Translations under genes and position numbers: made by a program
The notes under the pieces: model-generated
The model's database searches: none
What the model was told of the DNA's origin: nothing
The model's input: the letters and a program-made list of their open reading frames with translations, nothing else
In this document: positions 1-10,023 of the stretch, piece after piece
Layout: every line of letters starts with the position of its first letter
Numbering within the stretch: position 1 is the stretch's first letter
NCBI GenBank assembly: GCA_964391975.1
Contig: CAYMNZ010000001.1
Coordinates: 262,978 to 326,977, forward strand
From: an uncultured Candidatus Saccharibacteria bacterium
GTDB lineage: Bacteria > Patescibacteriota > Minisyncoccia > Phycocordibacterales > Phycocordibacteraceae
Reading direction: 5' to 3'
Length of the DNA: 64,000 bases

Positions 1-1
1 C

Positions 2-832
2 GAAGAGGTGCAGAGCCAACACGGTCAACTCGCCATTATTGACGAGGAGGGAGTTACCTTTACCTCTCATCACGACGGCTCTCTCCATCGTTTTACTCCA
101 GAGCGTTCGGTAGAAATTCAGCATGCCCTCGGCGCCGATATGTTCTTTGCCTTTGATGAGTGCACCTCCCCTACAGCAGATTTTGAGTATCAAAAAGATG
201 CCATGTACCGGACGCATCGCTGGGCCGATCGCTCACTTAAGGCCCATCGGCAGAATCTTGCAGCGAACCGCACGCAAGGAATCTTTGGAATAGTGCAGGG
301 GGGTCGTTACGAAGATTTGCGAAAGGAAAGTGCTCGAGAGATTGCAGGCATGAACTTTGATGGTTTCGGCATAGGTGGTTCTTTCAGTAAGGAAGATATG
401 GGCAGCGCGCTTCAGGCCGCCATACCTGAACTTCCAGAAGAGAAGCCGCGGCACTTCCTTGGTATAGGAGAGCCGGGCGATTTGCTTACAGGCATAGCAG
501 AGGGGTTGGACCTCTTTGATTGCGTTGCTGCAACCCGTATTGGGCGCCATGGCTCTATCTACACGCGTCGTGGCATCAGGCATCTGCGAAACGGCGAATT
601 CAAGAATGATTTGAGTCTGTTGGATCCCGAGACCATTATTCCTGGAACGGAAGGCTTTACGCGTGCGTACGTCTCACACCTTTGCCGTTCGGGTGAGATG
701 CTAGGGTCGGTTATAGCTTCCATGCATAATCTTGGGTTCGTGCTCTCGCTCGTGGATGGCGCGCGCGATGCGCTTCTTCATGGTACGTTCGATGCATATA
801 GGGCAGACTTCATGCGCGACTACTATGCCTAA
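2..832 (+). CDS. tgt: queuine tRNA-ribosyltransferase (5' truncated by window edge)
   Basis: Motifs FTPERSVEIQHALGAD..AFDEC, FGIVQGG, GFGIGG, KPRHFLGIG, DLFDCV, HNL; frame open from window start. Confidence 0.95.
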   Translation, partial: EEVQSQHGQLAIIDEEGVTFTSHHDGSLHRFTPERSVEIQHALGADMFFAFDECTSPTADFEYQKDAMYRTHRWADRSLKAHRQNLAANRTQGIFGIVQGGRYEDLRKESAREIAGMNFDGFGIGGSFSKEDMGSALQAAIPELPEEKPRHFLGIGEPGDLLTGIAEGLDLFDCVAATRIGRHGSIYTRRGIRHLRNGEFKNDLSLLDPETIIPGTEGFTRAYVSHLCRSGEMLGSVIASMHNLGFVLSLVDGARDALLHGTFDAYRADFMRDYYA

Positions 833-2900
833 CTTCAAGCTTCACACGCCCTTTCCTCCAGCAGGCGATCAGCCTCGTGCAATTGAGGTGCTCTCCAAAG
901 GCCTTAAGGATGGTTTACGCCACCAGACACTTCTTGGTGCTACCGGAACAGGAAAGACGTTCACGGTGGCGAATGTTATTTCTAACGTTGACAAGCCAAC
1001 CTTGGTGCTGGCTCACAACAAGACGCTTGCCGCTCAGCTTGCTCAAGAGTATCGGGAGTTCTTCCCAGAGAACGCGGTCCATTACTTCGTCTCCTACTAC
1101 GATTACTACCAGCCTGAGGCATATATCGCGCATTCCGATACGTATATCGAGAAAGAGGCGCAGATTAACGCAGAAATTGACCGTTTGCGCCACGCTGCTA
1201 CACAGGCTCTGCTTACTCGCAAGGACGTGATTATTGTTGCTTCGGTGTCTGCTATTTATGGTCTTGGGTCTCCAGAGCAGTATGAGAAGGTGCATGTGAA
1301 GCTAGTGGTGGGAGAAGAAGAGAACCGGGCTGCACTTATTCGAAAGATGGTGGGCATTTACTTCGAGCGCACCAATGCTGACCTCGAGCCCGGGCAACTG
1401 CGAGCAGTGGGGAACGCAGTGGAGCTTATGCCGGTTAACGAGCGGGCTATCTATCGCATTACGTTTGATGGGGCAGTCATTGCTCGCATTGAGCACCTCG
1501 ACCCCGTTTCGCGCGCCAAAATAGGGGAGCCAACTTCCCTATTTGTCTTCCCTGCTAAGCACTTCGTTACCAATGAGGAGGAGCGTAATCGAGCAATTGA
1601 GGACATTAAACGGGAGCTGGATGAACAGCTCGAGAAGTTCAAACGGGAAGAGAAGCCGCTTGAGCATGAGCGTTTGAAGCGTCGGACGCTGCATGATATT
1701 GCGCTTATTCGAGAGCTTGGATACACCAGCGGTATTGAGAACTACTCACGACACTTCGATGGTCGTGCACCAGGGGAGCCGCCACATACACTACTTTCGT
1801 ACTTCCCACACAAAAAGGATGGTACGGCTGACTTCCTTACCATCATTGATGAGTCGCACGTAACGGTGCCGCAGATTGGCGGCATGTATGCAGGGGACCG
1901 TTCTCGCAAGGACAACTTGGTTGAATACGGATTCCGACTTCCCTCCGCTCGCGATAACCGCCCACTTCGTTTCGAAGAGTTTGAAGAGCGCATTGGGCAG
2001 GTGATATATACCTCTGCGACTCCAAGCACCTACGAGCGTGAGCACTCAGTCCCTCCTGCGGGCCAGATTACCGAGCAGATTATTCGTCCAACAGGACTTA
2101 TTGACCCAGAGCTTGTGGTGCGCCCCATCGTTGAAAGCGGAGACTACAAGGGACAGGTTGCTGATTTTATAGATGAGGCCGATGTTGTCATCAAGCGTGG
2201 TGGCAGGGCAATTGCGACCACTCTTACCAAGCAGATGGCAGAGGACCTTGCTGAATTCCTTCGAGAGCGGGGAATTAAGGCCGAGTATCTTCATAGTGAT
2301 GTGAAGACCATCGACCGCATTGAGATTCTGACTGAATTCCGCAGAGGCAAGTTCGACATCCTTGTTGGAGTGAACCTGCTTCGCGAGGGACTCGACCTTC
2401 CTGAGGTAGAGATGGTGGGAATTCTCGATGCAGATAAGGAGGGTTTTCTCCGTTCAGAAACTTCCCTTATCCAAACGATTGGCCGCGCTGCCCGTAACGT
2501 GCTCGGCAAGGTGTTCCTCTATGCCGATGTCATGACGGGCTCGATGGAACGCGCCATCGGAGAAACCAACCGCAGGCGCGCAGTTCAACAGGCCTATAAC
2601 GAGAAGCACGGCATTACTCCTGAGACCATCAAGAAGGAGATTCACGATATCGCAGCTTCCATGCGCACCGAGCACCAGAAGACCGTGCATGAGATGCTTG
2701 CGCTCGATCAGAAGCTCTATAAGGAGGACCCAAAGTCCTTTATTGCCTCCAAACGCCAAGAAATGGCAGATGCGGTGGAGACGCTCGACTTTGAGACCGC
2801 TGCCATTATCCGGGATGAAATTTACGCGCTTGAAGGGAAGTCAGACCCAAAAGAGCGGGGAAAGAAGGGCAGGAAGCGTAAGCCTCTTTCGGGGGCGTAA
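825..2900 (+). CDS. uvrB: excinuclease ABC subunit B
   Basis: Walker A GATGTGKT, beta-hairpin YYDYYQPEAY, DESH, QTIGRAARN, C-terminal UVR; real start ATG 825 overlapping the tgt stop. Confidence 0.97.
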   Translation: MPNFKLHTPFPPAGDQPRAIEVLSKGLKDGLRHQTLLGATGTGKTFTVANVISNVDKPTLVLAHNKTLAAQLAQEYREFFPENAVHYFVSYYDYYQPEAYIAHSDTYIEKEAQINAEIDRLRHAATQALLTRKDVIIVASVSAIYGLGSPEQYEKVHVKLVVGEEENRAALIRKMVGIYFERTNADLEPGQLRAVGNAVELMPVNERAIYRITFDGAVIARIEHLDPVSRAKIGEPTSLFVFPAKHFVTNEEERNRAIEDIKRELDEQLEKFKREEKPLEHERLKRRTLHDIALIRELGYTSGIENYSRHFDGRAPGEPPHTLLSYFPHKKDGTADFLTIIDESHVTVPQIGGMYAGDRSRKDNLVEYGFRLPSARDNRPLRFEEFEERIGQVIYTSATPSTYEREHSVPPAGQITEQIIRPTGLIDPELVVRPIVESGDYKGQVADFIDEADVVIKRGGRAIATTLTKQMAEDLAEFLRERGIKAEYLHSDVKTIDRIEILTEFRRGKFDILVGVNLLREGLDLPEVEMVGILDADKEGFLRSETSLIQTIGRAARNVLGKVFLYADVMTGSMERAIGETNRRRAVQQAYNEKHGITPETIKKEIHDIAASMRTEHQKTVHEMLALDQKLYKEDPKSFIASKRQEMADAVETLDFETAAIIRDEIYALEGKSDPKERGKKGRKRKPLSGA

Positions 2901-2960
2901 CTTCCCTCTCTCAGCCTTGGTTTCCATAGACAAATCAGGTCCAATTGCTATCTTTTACCT

Positions 2961-3554
2961 ATGCACGAACTACCGCCTCCTCTCTACGTTTCCCATGAGA
3001 TTGGCACCGTAACCGCAAAGGACGGAAGAACGTTCAATGCGGTCATGGGGCTTCCCAAAGAACTGGTAGAACAGCTTAAGGAGCGCTCTCTGGACCTCTC
3101 GGACACCGAACTCCAGGAAAATAGCTCCGACTACAAACGCTTTGGCGAAGGTTCCTACGAGGAGTGGTATGCAAAGGAGCGTACGACCTTTGCCCTTGTG
3201 GACCCAGCAAACGGGAAGCTGGCGGCAGTTGGGTGGCTCGGACCTAAGCCTCTTGGTCGTGATTCTGCTAAACATCTTTCAGAAGATGAACAGAGAGTTG
3301 ATGAACGAGCTCTTGCAAGCGGTGATTGGCACACTATTTCTTTCCGCTCCTATGGCGAGTACCGTGGGGTCGGGCTCATGAAAGAATTCTCGAAACTCGT
3401 TCTTGATGCATACAAAAAGGGATACCCGAACGCAAAGATTTGGAGTATTACAGATCGAACCAACAAAGGGAGTACGAAACTCTCTGAATCTATGGGACTT
3501 ATTGAGCATCCTGAGTCGACAGATACTCGTATAGTGATGGCAGAACCCGAATAG
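2961..3554 (+). CDS. hypothetical protein, GNAT-fold-like
   Basis: YRGVGLM (motif A-like) and N..S.KLSESMG (motif B-like); TATCTT box 6 nt upstream. Confidence 0.55.
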   Translation: MHELPPPLYVSHEIGTVTAKDGRTFNAVMGLPKELVEQLKERSLDLSDTELQENSSDYKRFGEGSYEEWYAKERTTFALVDPANGKLAAVGWLGPKPLGRDSAKHLSEDEQRVDERALASGDWHTISFRSYGEYRGVGLMKEFSKLVLDAYKKGYPNAKIWSITDRTNKGSTKLSESMGLIEHPESTDTRIVMAEPE

Positions 3555-3555
3555 C

Positions 3556-4701
3556 ATGTCACGAGTGAAGCTCACAGAATACCGGGCAAAGTCCCTCATA
3601 CTTGGTGGCGAGTACACTGGCGTCTCGCTATCCTCTTCGAGTGATACGGTCCCTGAAGGAGCATGGGTGGTGAAAGTGGACCAGGGAATTAAAAAGCGCA
3701 TGAAGCAGGGCTTGGTGAAAGTGAATATTTCTTCCAAGGAGATTGGCCCGGCAATTGCTGAGTGGGAGAAGAAAGGATTTTCAAACTTTATTGCAGAGCC
3801 ACTGCTCCCACACGAAGCTTCCGAGGAACAGTATCTCTCACTTGAAAGGGTGCGTGAGGGCATTCGTCTGCTCCATGCGAAGGAAGGCGGCATTGAGATA
3901 GAGGAACATCCAGAGAAGGTAAGGAGCTTCATTCTCACGGAAAGTGTTGCTGGCACGGCAAAGGAGACAGGCGTACCGGAAGAGTTCCTTACTTCGCTTG
4001 TTGATACTTTTGAGAAGAATCATTTCGCGTTTCTCGAGATAAACCCTCTTGTCATCAAAGACGGGAAGGTGCATCTGCTTGATGCGGCGGTGTTGGTTGA
4101 CAGTGCTGCGGAGTTTTTTGTTAAAGGTGCCTGGACTGAAACAGATATTGTCGAAGGGAAGGCGAAACATCAGGCCGAAGAGAATGTGGCTGCACTTCAG
4201 AAGACGACCCCTGCCTCCCTCAAGCTCTCTGTGTTGAATGAGGAGGGTTCCCTCTTCTTTTTGCTTTCCGGCGGCGGAGGCTCAATTGTCATTGCTGACG
4301 AAGCGGCACTCCTTGGGCAGGGAGATGCCATTGGTAACTATGGAGAATACAGCGGTGGTCCGACGCGAGAGGAGACCTATCTCTACACTAAGGAGGTACT
4401 TTCGCTGTTGCTGGCATCTAAGGCTCCTAAGAAGGCGCTCGTAATTGCCGGAGGAGTAGCGAACTTTACTGACGTTGCCAAAACCTTTGCTGGTATTCGT
4501 GACGCGCTGGCAGAAGTGTCTGGAGAAATGAAGAAAGCACGTATCAAGGTATTTATACGCCGCGGCGGCCCGAACGAAGCTAAGGGACTTGCTGACATGA
4601 AAATATTCCTCGACCAGGAAGGTCTTCTGGGGGCTATTCATGGCTCGAGCGCGGTCATCACCAGTGCGGTTGATGACGCCGTTACGTTCATACAAGCATG
4701 A
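3556..4701 (+). CDS. aclB: ATP-citrate lyase beta subunit (ATP-grasp + citrate-binding)
   Basis: KLTEYRAK, VVKVDQGIKKRMKQGLV, FLEINPL, SGGGGS, NYGEYSGGP, GGVANFTDVAKTF, RRGGPN. Confidence 0.9.
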   Translation: MSRVKLTEYRAKSLILGGEYTGVSLSSSSDTVPEGAWVVKVDQGIKKRMKQGLVKVNISSKEIGPAIAEWEKKGFSNFIAEPLLPHEASEEQYLSLERVREGIRLLHAKEGGIEIEEHPEKVRSFILTESVAGTAKETGVPEEFLTSLVDTFEKNHFAFLEINPLVIKDGKVHLLDAAVLVDSAAEFFVKGAWTETDIVEGKAKHQAEENVAALQKTTPASLKLSVLNEEGSLFFLLSGGGGSIVIADEAALLGQGDAIGNYGEYSGGPTREETYLYTKEVLSLLLASKAPKKALVIAGGVANFTDVAKTFAGIRDALAEVSGEMKKARIKVFIRRGGPNEAKGLADMKIFLDQEGLLGAIHGSSAVITSAVDDAVTFIQA

Positions 4702-6473
4702 CCATTCTCGACACCATTAGGGGCGGGGAACGGGGAATTGTTATCGCAGGTAACCACCCTGCCATCGTGCAGTCCATGCTCGATTTCGATTACCTCTCTG
4801 GCAAGGAGCGTTCGATTATCGGTATTGTGACCGGGGCTCGAAAGGCGCAGAAGTATTTCTGGGGAAAGGAAGAGATCCTTGTTCCCTGTTATAAGGATTT
4901 TACATCGGTTCCTGAGAAGGACCGTGTTCGCTTCCTTTTGAACCTTCAATCAGGGCGCCGTGCTTTTGACGTCACCGTTTCTTTCTTTGAGACGTTCCCC
5001 GAGGCTTTGGGCGCTCATCTCTTTGCAGAGAACGTACCAGAAGCGCACGCCATTGAACTTATCCGCCGTTTTGGTGGGAAGAAACTCATTGCAGGACCTT
5101 CAGGTGTGGGCATGTTGGTCCCGGGGCACCTAAAGCTCGGAGCCATAGGAGGAGTCGATATTCCACAGATTATGGCCAGCAAGCTCACCACACCCGGCTC
5201 CATAACTGTTGTGGCTACCTCAGGAGGTATGACGAGTGAGCTCATTCGCGCAGTGACATCTGCAGGGAAGCGACTTTCCTTCTCCTTATGTATTGGAGGC
5301 GATAGGTTTCCGGTCTCATCGCTTGGGGATGTGCTCGCGCTTGCAGAGGCGGATGCGCAGACGAAGGGAATCGTGTACTTCGGCGAGCTTGGCGGGGTGG
5401 ATGAATACGAGATAGTCGAATTGATAAAGGCGAAGAAGCTTACCAAGCCAGTGGTCGCCTACATCGCAGGTATCGTCGACGAGGCGTTCGATGAGCACAT
5501 GCAGTTTGGGCACGCTAAGGCGCTGGTTGCCCACAAGGATGAAAGTGCACGGGCAAAGCGAGAAGCTTTGAGGGAAGTTGGTGTCATTGCACCGGATACC
5601 TTCCCAGAGTTCTTGGAGGCTATGAAGAGTCTCCCTGAGGGGGAATTTAGTGATACCATCATCGATACACAAACGCTTATGGACCGACAGAAAAGTATTC
5701 TTTCAACAAGGGAAGTCATGGACCTCGAGGAGGCACCGACCTTTGTTTCAAACGGACAGTTGGTTAAGAACGACAGGACCTTTGCGTCGTCGGCTCTTGC
5801 TGCGCTTCTTGGTGCTCCTGCCAAGTCCCCTGTTACCAACGCGTATGCGGAGGCCATCTTCACGCTCCTCATCGACCACGGAGGCCATGTCTCAGGTGCC
5901 GTGAACACCATGGTAACTGCGCGCGCAGGAAAGGATCTCGTTTCTTCGCTCACCTCCGGATTGCTTACCATTGGTCCTCGTTTTGGAGGGGCTATTAATG
6001 AGGCTGCGCGTACTTGGAGGGCGGGTGTTGCATCAGGGCAGAACGCAGCTGACTTCGTTGAGGCTTCGACCAAGGGAGGAAAGGTTATCTCTGGTATTGG
6101 GCACCGCAAGTACCGTGTGGGGCTCCCGGACCCTCGTGTAGCAGCGCTTTCAACCTTTGCAGAGCTCTTGAAGTCCCACCCACATTACGACCTTGCCCGC
6201 GAGGTAGAGAAGGTAACGACTGGTAAGAATGGCTCTCTCATCCTTAACGTCGACGGCGTTATTGCTTCCCTGATGCTCGACATTCTTGCTGAGTGCGAAG
6301 GGTACGACGATAAGCAGATTCAGGAGCTTATTGATGCTGAGTTCTTCAATGCGCTCTTCGTCATACCGCGCTCCGTAGGCTTCATCGCGCACTTCATGGA
6401 ACAGAAGGAGAATGACGAGGGGTTGTTCAGGCTCCCAGACGAGCTTTTGTTCGAACGCAAACAGGGAGAGTAG
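4698..6473 (+). CDS. aclA: ATP-citrate lyase alpha subunit (CoA-binding, phospho-His, citrate-synthase-like C-terminus)
   Basis: QSMLDFD, SGGM, IGGDRFP, QFGHA, DHGGHVSGA, IGPRFGGA, GIGHR, LNVDG. Confidence 0.92.
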   Translation: MTILDTIRGGERGIVIAGNHPAIVQSMLDFDYLSGKERSIIGIVTGARKAQKYFWGKEEILVPCYKDFTSVPEKDRVRFLLNLQSGRRAFDVTVSFFETFPEALGAHLFAENVPEAHAIELIRRFGGKKLIAGPSGVGMLVPGHLKLGAIGGVDIPQIMASKLTTPGSITVVATSGGMTSELIRAVTSAGKRLSFSLCIGGDRFPVSSLGDVLALAEADAQTKGIVYFGELGGVDEYEIVELIKAKKLTKPVVAYIAGIVDEAFDEHMQFGHAKALVAHKDESARAKREALREVGVIAPDTFPEFLEAMKSLPEGEFSDTIIDTQTLMDRQKSILSTREVMDLEEAPTFVSNGQLVKNDRTFASSALAALLGAPAKSPVTNAYAEAIFTLLIDHGGHVSGAVNTMVTARAGKDLVSSLTSGLLTIGPRFGGAINEAARTWRAGVASGQNAADFVEASTKGGKVISGIGHRKYRVGLPDPRVAALSTFAELLKSHPHYDLAREVEKVTTGKNGSLILNVDGVIASLMLDILAECEGYDDKQIQELIDAEFFNALFVIPRSVGFIAHFMEQKENDEGLFRLPDELLFERKQGE

Positions 6474-6475
6474 CC

Positions 6476-7330
6476 ATGTCGACACCAGCGGAGAAAGGAA
6501 AAATCACGCGTGCGACCAACGAAGCTGACCCCACAACCTATTCCTCACTTCCTCCGGAAAAGTTCAAACACACTGACACCATCACCATCCTTGATACGCA
6601 TACGAATGAGGAGGTTGAACGTAAAGTGTATACAGACGACCGTGGGAGTCGGTATTTCGAGATAACTCATTTTCCTCGTACGCAGCTGTTCATCGCCAGA
6701 GTCCTCAAAGGCATCGTGAACGTCACAGACGTGCATATGATAAAACCGGCCCGGAAGGATCAGGAACCACTCTTCCTGTCTAAGGAATTAAGCATTGAGA
6801 AGATTGAACAGAAACCTGACGCGGATCTCCGTGCAGATCTTTATGTGCTCGGAAGCGTCTTCAGAGATGTAGATCGCAGTTTTCCAAAACCGAAGTACAG
6901 ACAGGCTAAGACGGATCTTACTGAACCACGAAAGGGAGGGAACATGCGTATGGATGACGGCCGTACATTTCAGTTTGATTTCGAGTCGCCACACTTCACG
7001 TTTTTCCCTCCTTATAAAATGATGGATGAAGAACTTGATGCGAATTTAGCGAAATTTAGTACTGAAGAGGCGACACGGACGCTTGAGAAACTTACTACAC
7101 TTGCCGAACGCGTTGCGGGCGAAGAAGGTATGGATTTCCTCCGCAGAACGAGTACGGCTGCAGGGCAGAACGCCTTTGATCTCTTCAAACCCGTCTACGG
7201 CTCGACCGTTAGCTATGAAGGCGTAGATGAAGATACCGTGCTGGAGCGCTTTGCCAACGTACTGCGCAAACGAATTAGTGAACACCAGGAAAAGCTACGG
7301 CAACGTCTTACTGAGCTCCAGGGCGCGTAA
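6476..7330 (+). CDS. hypothetical protein (possible HipA/PI3K-like kinase fold)
   Basis: 284-aa ORF tightly packed after aclA; DxDR...GN...FDF motif order. Confidence 0.5.
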   Translation: MSTPAEKGKITRATNEADPTTYSSLPPEKFKHTDTITILDTHTNEEVERKVYTDDRGSRYFEITHFPRTQLFIARVLKGIVNVTDVHMIKPARKDQEPLFLSKELSIEKIEQKPDADLRADLYVLGSVFRDVDRSFPKPKYRQAKTDLTEPRKGGNMRMDDGRTFQFDFESPHFTFFPPYKMMDEELDANLAKFSTEEATRTLEKLTTLAERVAGEEGMDFLRRTSTAAGQNAFDLFKPVYGSTVSYEGVDEDTVLERFANVLRKRISEHQEKLRQRLTELQGA

Positions 7331-7389
7331 GGTCGTTATGTTATACTGCACCCCGTACCTGTCCCGCCACGGACAGGGCTTTCTGTAAA

Positions 7390-10023
7390 ATGACACCTAA
7401 AAAGAAGTCGCACGAGCAATATACTGGGGAAGACTGGATTAGTGTGAAGGGTGCTCGTACCCACAACCTTAAGAACCTGTCGGTGAAGATGCCGAGGGGT
7501 ACCATGACCGTGCTCACAGGCCTCTCAGGCTCTGGAAAGTCCTCCTTGGCCTTCGACACTATCTTCGCTGAAGGTCAGCGCCGCTACGTTGAATCCCTTT
7601 CTGCCTACGCACGCCAGTTCCTCAACCAGATGCAGAAGCCGGATGTCGACGAGATTACCGGTCTTTCTCCAGCTATTTCTATAGATCAGAAGAGCCGCTC
7701 CAATAACCCTCGCTCCACGGTTGCTACGGTTACTGAGATTTATGACTACCTACGCGTCCTCTATGCGCGCGCAGGCCAGCCGTACTGCGTGAATCACGAT
7801 GTGCCTATCGAGAAACTCTCCAAGGAAGAGATGCTTGGACTCATCATGAGGCGTGTTTCCGAAAAGACGGACAAGGGAAAGAAGGATGAGGTAATGGGTG
7901 TGTCGCTCGACCGCAGCACTGTCACGATTCATGCCCCAATGGTAGTAGGCCGCAAGGGTGAGTACTACCAACTCCTCTACGATCTCCTCGGCAAAGGCTA
8001 CGAGAAGGCAATTATTGACGGCAAAGTGCATTCACTCCGCGAAAAGGTGGTGCTCGATCGTAACAAGCGTCATGACATTGATGCGGTGGTGGACACCATC
8101 TTCGTCTCTGAATTCACTAAGAGCCCGGACGCTGCCCGTGAACGCCTTTCTGAAGCACTTGAGCTCGCACTCAAGGAGGCAGAAGGACTTGTAAAGATTG
8201 GACACGCAGATGGTTCTATAGAAACACTCTCTGCGAAGTTCATCTGCCCGGAGGACGGAGCATCTTTCCCAGAGGTAGAGCCACGTCTTTTCTCCTTCAA
8301 TAGTCCGTACGGAGCCTGTCCGAACTGTAACGGTCTTGGGACTGAGTCACTGTTTTCTGAGGAGATTTGTACCGTGTGTGAAGGGAAGCGTCTTCGTCCT
8401 GAAGCACTGCGCGTGTATCTTAAAGACAAGAAGGACAAGACGCTGGGTAAGAACGTGGTGGATTTCACTAACTTTTCTATACGCGAAGCTAAAGAGTTTA
8501 TGGATGGCCTTGAGCTCTCAGAGATGCGCATGGAGATTGCGTCCCCTATCATCCGCGAGATTACGAGTCGTCTCGACTTCATGCTCAACGTCGGACTCGA
8601 CTATCTGACGCTTAACCGTTCTGCCGCAACGCTCTCCGGAGGGGAAGCACAGCGCATTCGACTTGCCTCTCAGCTTGGTACCGGACTTGTAGGAGCGCTG
8701 TATGTGCTTGATGAGCCAACCATCGGCCTCCACCAGCGCGACAACGACCGTCTCATCAAAACGCTTCTCACGCTTAAGGAGCTCGGAAACACCATTCTTG
8801 TGGTTGAACACGACGAAGACACCATCTACGCTTCTGATTACATCGTCGATATAGGTCCTGGGGCAGGCGTACATGGAGGAACTGTTGTAGCGCACGGTTG
8901 GCTTGATGAACTGCTTACAGCTCCCAAGAACGACTCTGGTTCAGTCACACTTTCGTATCTTCGTGGAGAGAAAGAGATTGAAGTGCCAGAAGAGCGCAGG
9001 ACAAGCGAGAAGGGCTCTATCAAGGTTCGTGGGGCAACGCTCCATAACCTCAAGAACCTCAACGTTGATGTTCCTTTGGGCAAGCTTGTTGCAGTGACTG
9101 GTGTGTCTGGCTCAGGAAAGTCGACCTTCCTCTACGACATCCTCCACAAGAACGTCGCCAATATGATGGCGCGTCGCCAGGCGAAGCCCATGCACATCGC
9201 TTCCATTACCGGAACTGAGTATATGGGGCGCACGGTTCTCATAGACCAGTCTCCTATTGGCCGCACGCCACGCTCGAATCCTGCAACCTACACGGGAGCT
9301 TGGACGCACATCCGTGACCTGTTTGCGGCAACTCCGGAAGCCCGTGCACGTGGATGGAAGCCAGGACGCTTCTCATTTAACGTAGCCGGAGGACGCTGCG
9401 AGGCCTGCCAAGGTAACGGCATGATTGCGGTAGAGATGCACTTCCTTCCAACGGTGTATGTGACTTGTGATGTCTGTAATGGCAAACGGTTTATGAAAGA
9501 GACGCTTGAGGTGACCTATCGTGGCAAGAATATCTGGGAAATTCTTGAAATGACCGTTGAGGAAGCTGAGAAGTTCTTCAAGGAGATTCCTTCGATTAAC
9601 GACCGACTCTCTACCCTTAACTCTACCGGTCTCGAGTACCTGACGCTTGGACAGAGCGCCACGACGCTTTCCGGAGGAGAGGCACAGCGGGTGAAGATTG
9701 CTTCAGAACTCTACCGTCCTATTACCATGAAGACGCTATACCTTCTTGATGAGCCAACCGTAGGTCTCCACTACGAAGATGTGAGAAAGCTCATTGAGAT
9801 ACTTCAGGAGCTGGTTCGACGCGGTAATACGGTAGTGGTCATTGAGCACAACCTCGACCTGATCAAGTGTGCTGACCACATCATCGACTTTGGTCCTGAG
9901 GGAGGGAACGGAGGCGGAAAGGTGGTTGCCAAGGGAACTCCGGAGGATGTTGCTGGCACGGAAGGCTCACACACTGGAGACTATCTTCACAAGATGTTCC
10001 GTAAGCGTGTTAAGAAGAAGTAA
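7390..10023 (+). CDS. uvrA: excinuclease ABC subunit A
   Basis: Two ABC modules ([26 protein letters not shown]; GVSGSGKST), LSGGEAQR twice, C-terminal CxxC Zn finger. Confidence 0.98.
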   Translation: MTPKKKSHEQYTGEDWISVKGARTHNLKNLSVKMPRGTMTVLTGLSGSGKSSLAFDTIFAEGQRRYVESLSAYARQFLNQMQKPDVDEITGLSPAISIDQKSRSNNPRSTVATVTEIYDYLRVLYARAGQPYCVNHDVPIEKLSKEEMLGLIMRRVSEKTDKGKKDEVMGVSLDRSTVTIHAPMVVGRKGEYYQLLYDLLGKGYEKAIIDGKVHSLREKVVLDRNKRHDIDAVVDTIFVSEFTKSPDAARERLSEALELALKEAEGLVKIGHADGSIETLSAKFICPEDGASFPEVEPRLFSFNSPYGACPNCNGLGTESLFSEEICTVCEGKRLRPEALRVYLKDKKDKTLGKNVVDFTNFSIREAKEFMDGLELSEMRMEIASPIIREITSRLDFMLNVGLDYLTLNRSAATLSGGEAQRIRLASQLGTGLVGALYVLDEPTIGLHQRDNDRLIKTLLTLKELGNTILVVEHDEDTIYASDYIVDIGPGAGVHGGTVVAHGWLDELLTAPKNDSGSVTLSYLRGEKEIEVPEERRTSEKGSIKVRGATLHNLKNLNVDVPLGKLVAVTGVSGSGKSTFLYDILHKNVANMMARRQAKPMHIASITGTEYMGRTVLIDQSPIGRTPRSNPATYTGAWTHIRDLFAATPEARARGWKPGRFSFNVAGGRCEACQGNGMIAVEMHFLPTVYVTCDVCNGKRFMKETLEVTYRGKNIWEILEMTVEEAEKFFKEIPSINDRLSTLNSTGLEYLTLGQSATTLSGGEAQRVKIASELYRPITMKTLYLLDEPTVGLHYEDVRKLIEILQELVRRGNTVVVIEHNLDLIKCADHIIDFGPEGGNGGGKVVAKGTPEDVAGTEGSHTGDYLHKMFRKRVKKK

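Noticed and set aside
732-824. N-terminal extensions in the ORF track (uvrB; also 13511, 15891, 46579, 50037, 50878, 59929)
   Set aside because: They overlap upstream genes, tRNAs or repeats; downstream ATGs fit homology and -10 spacing.
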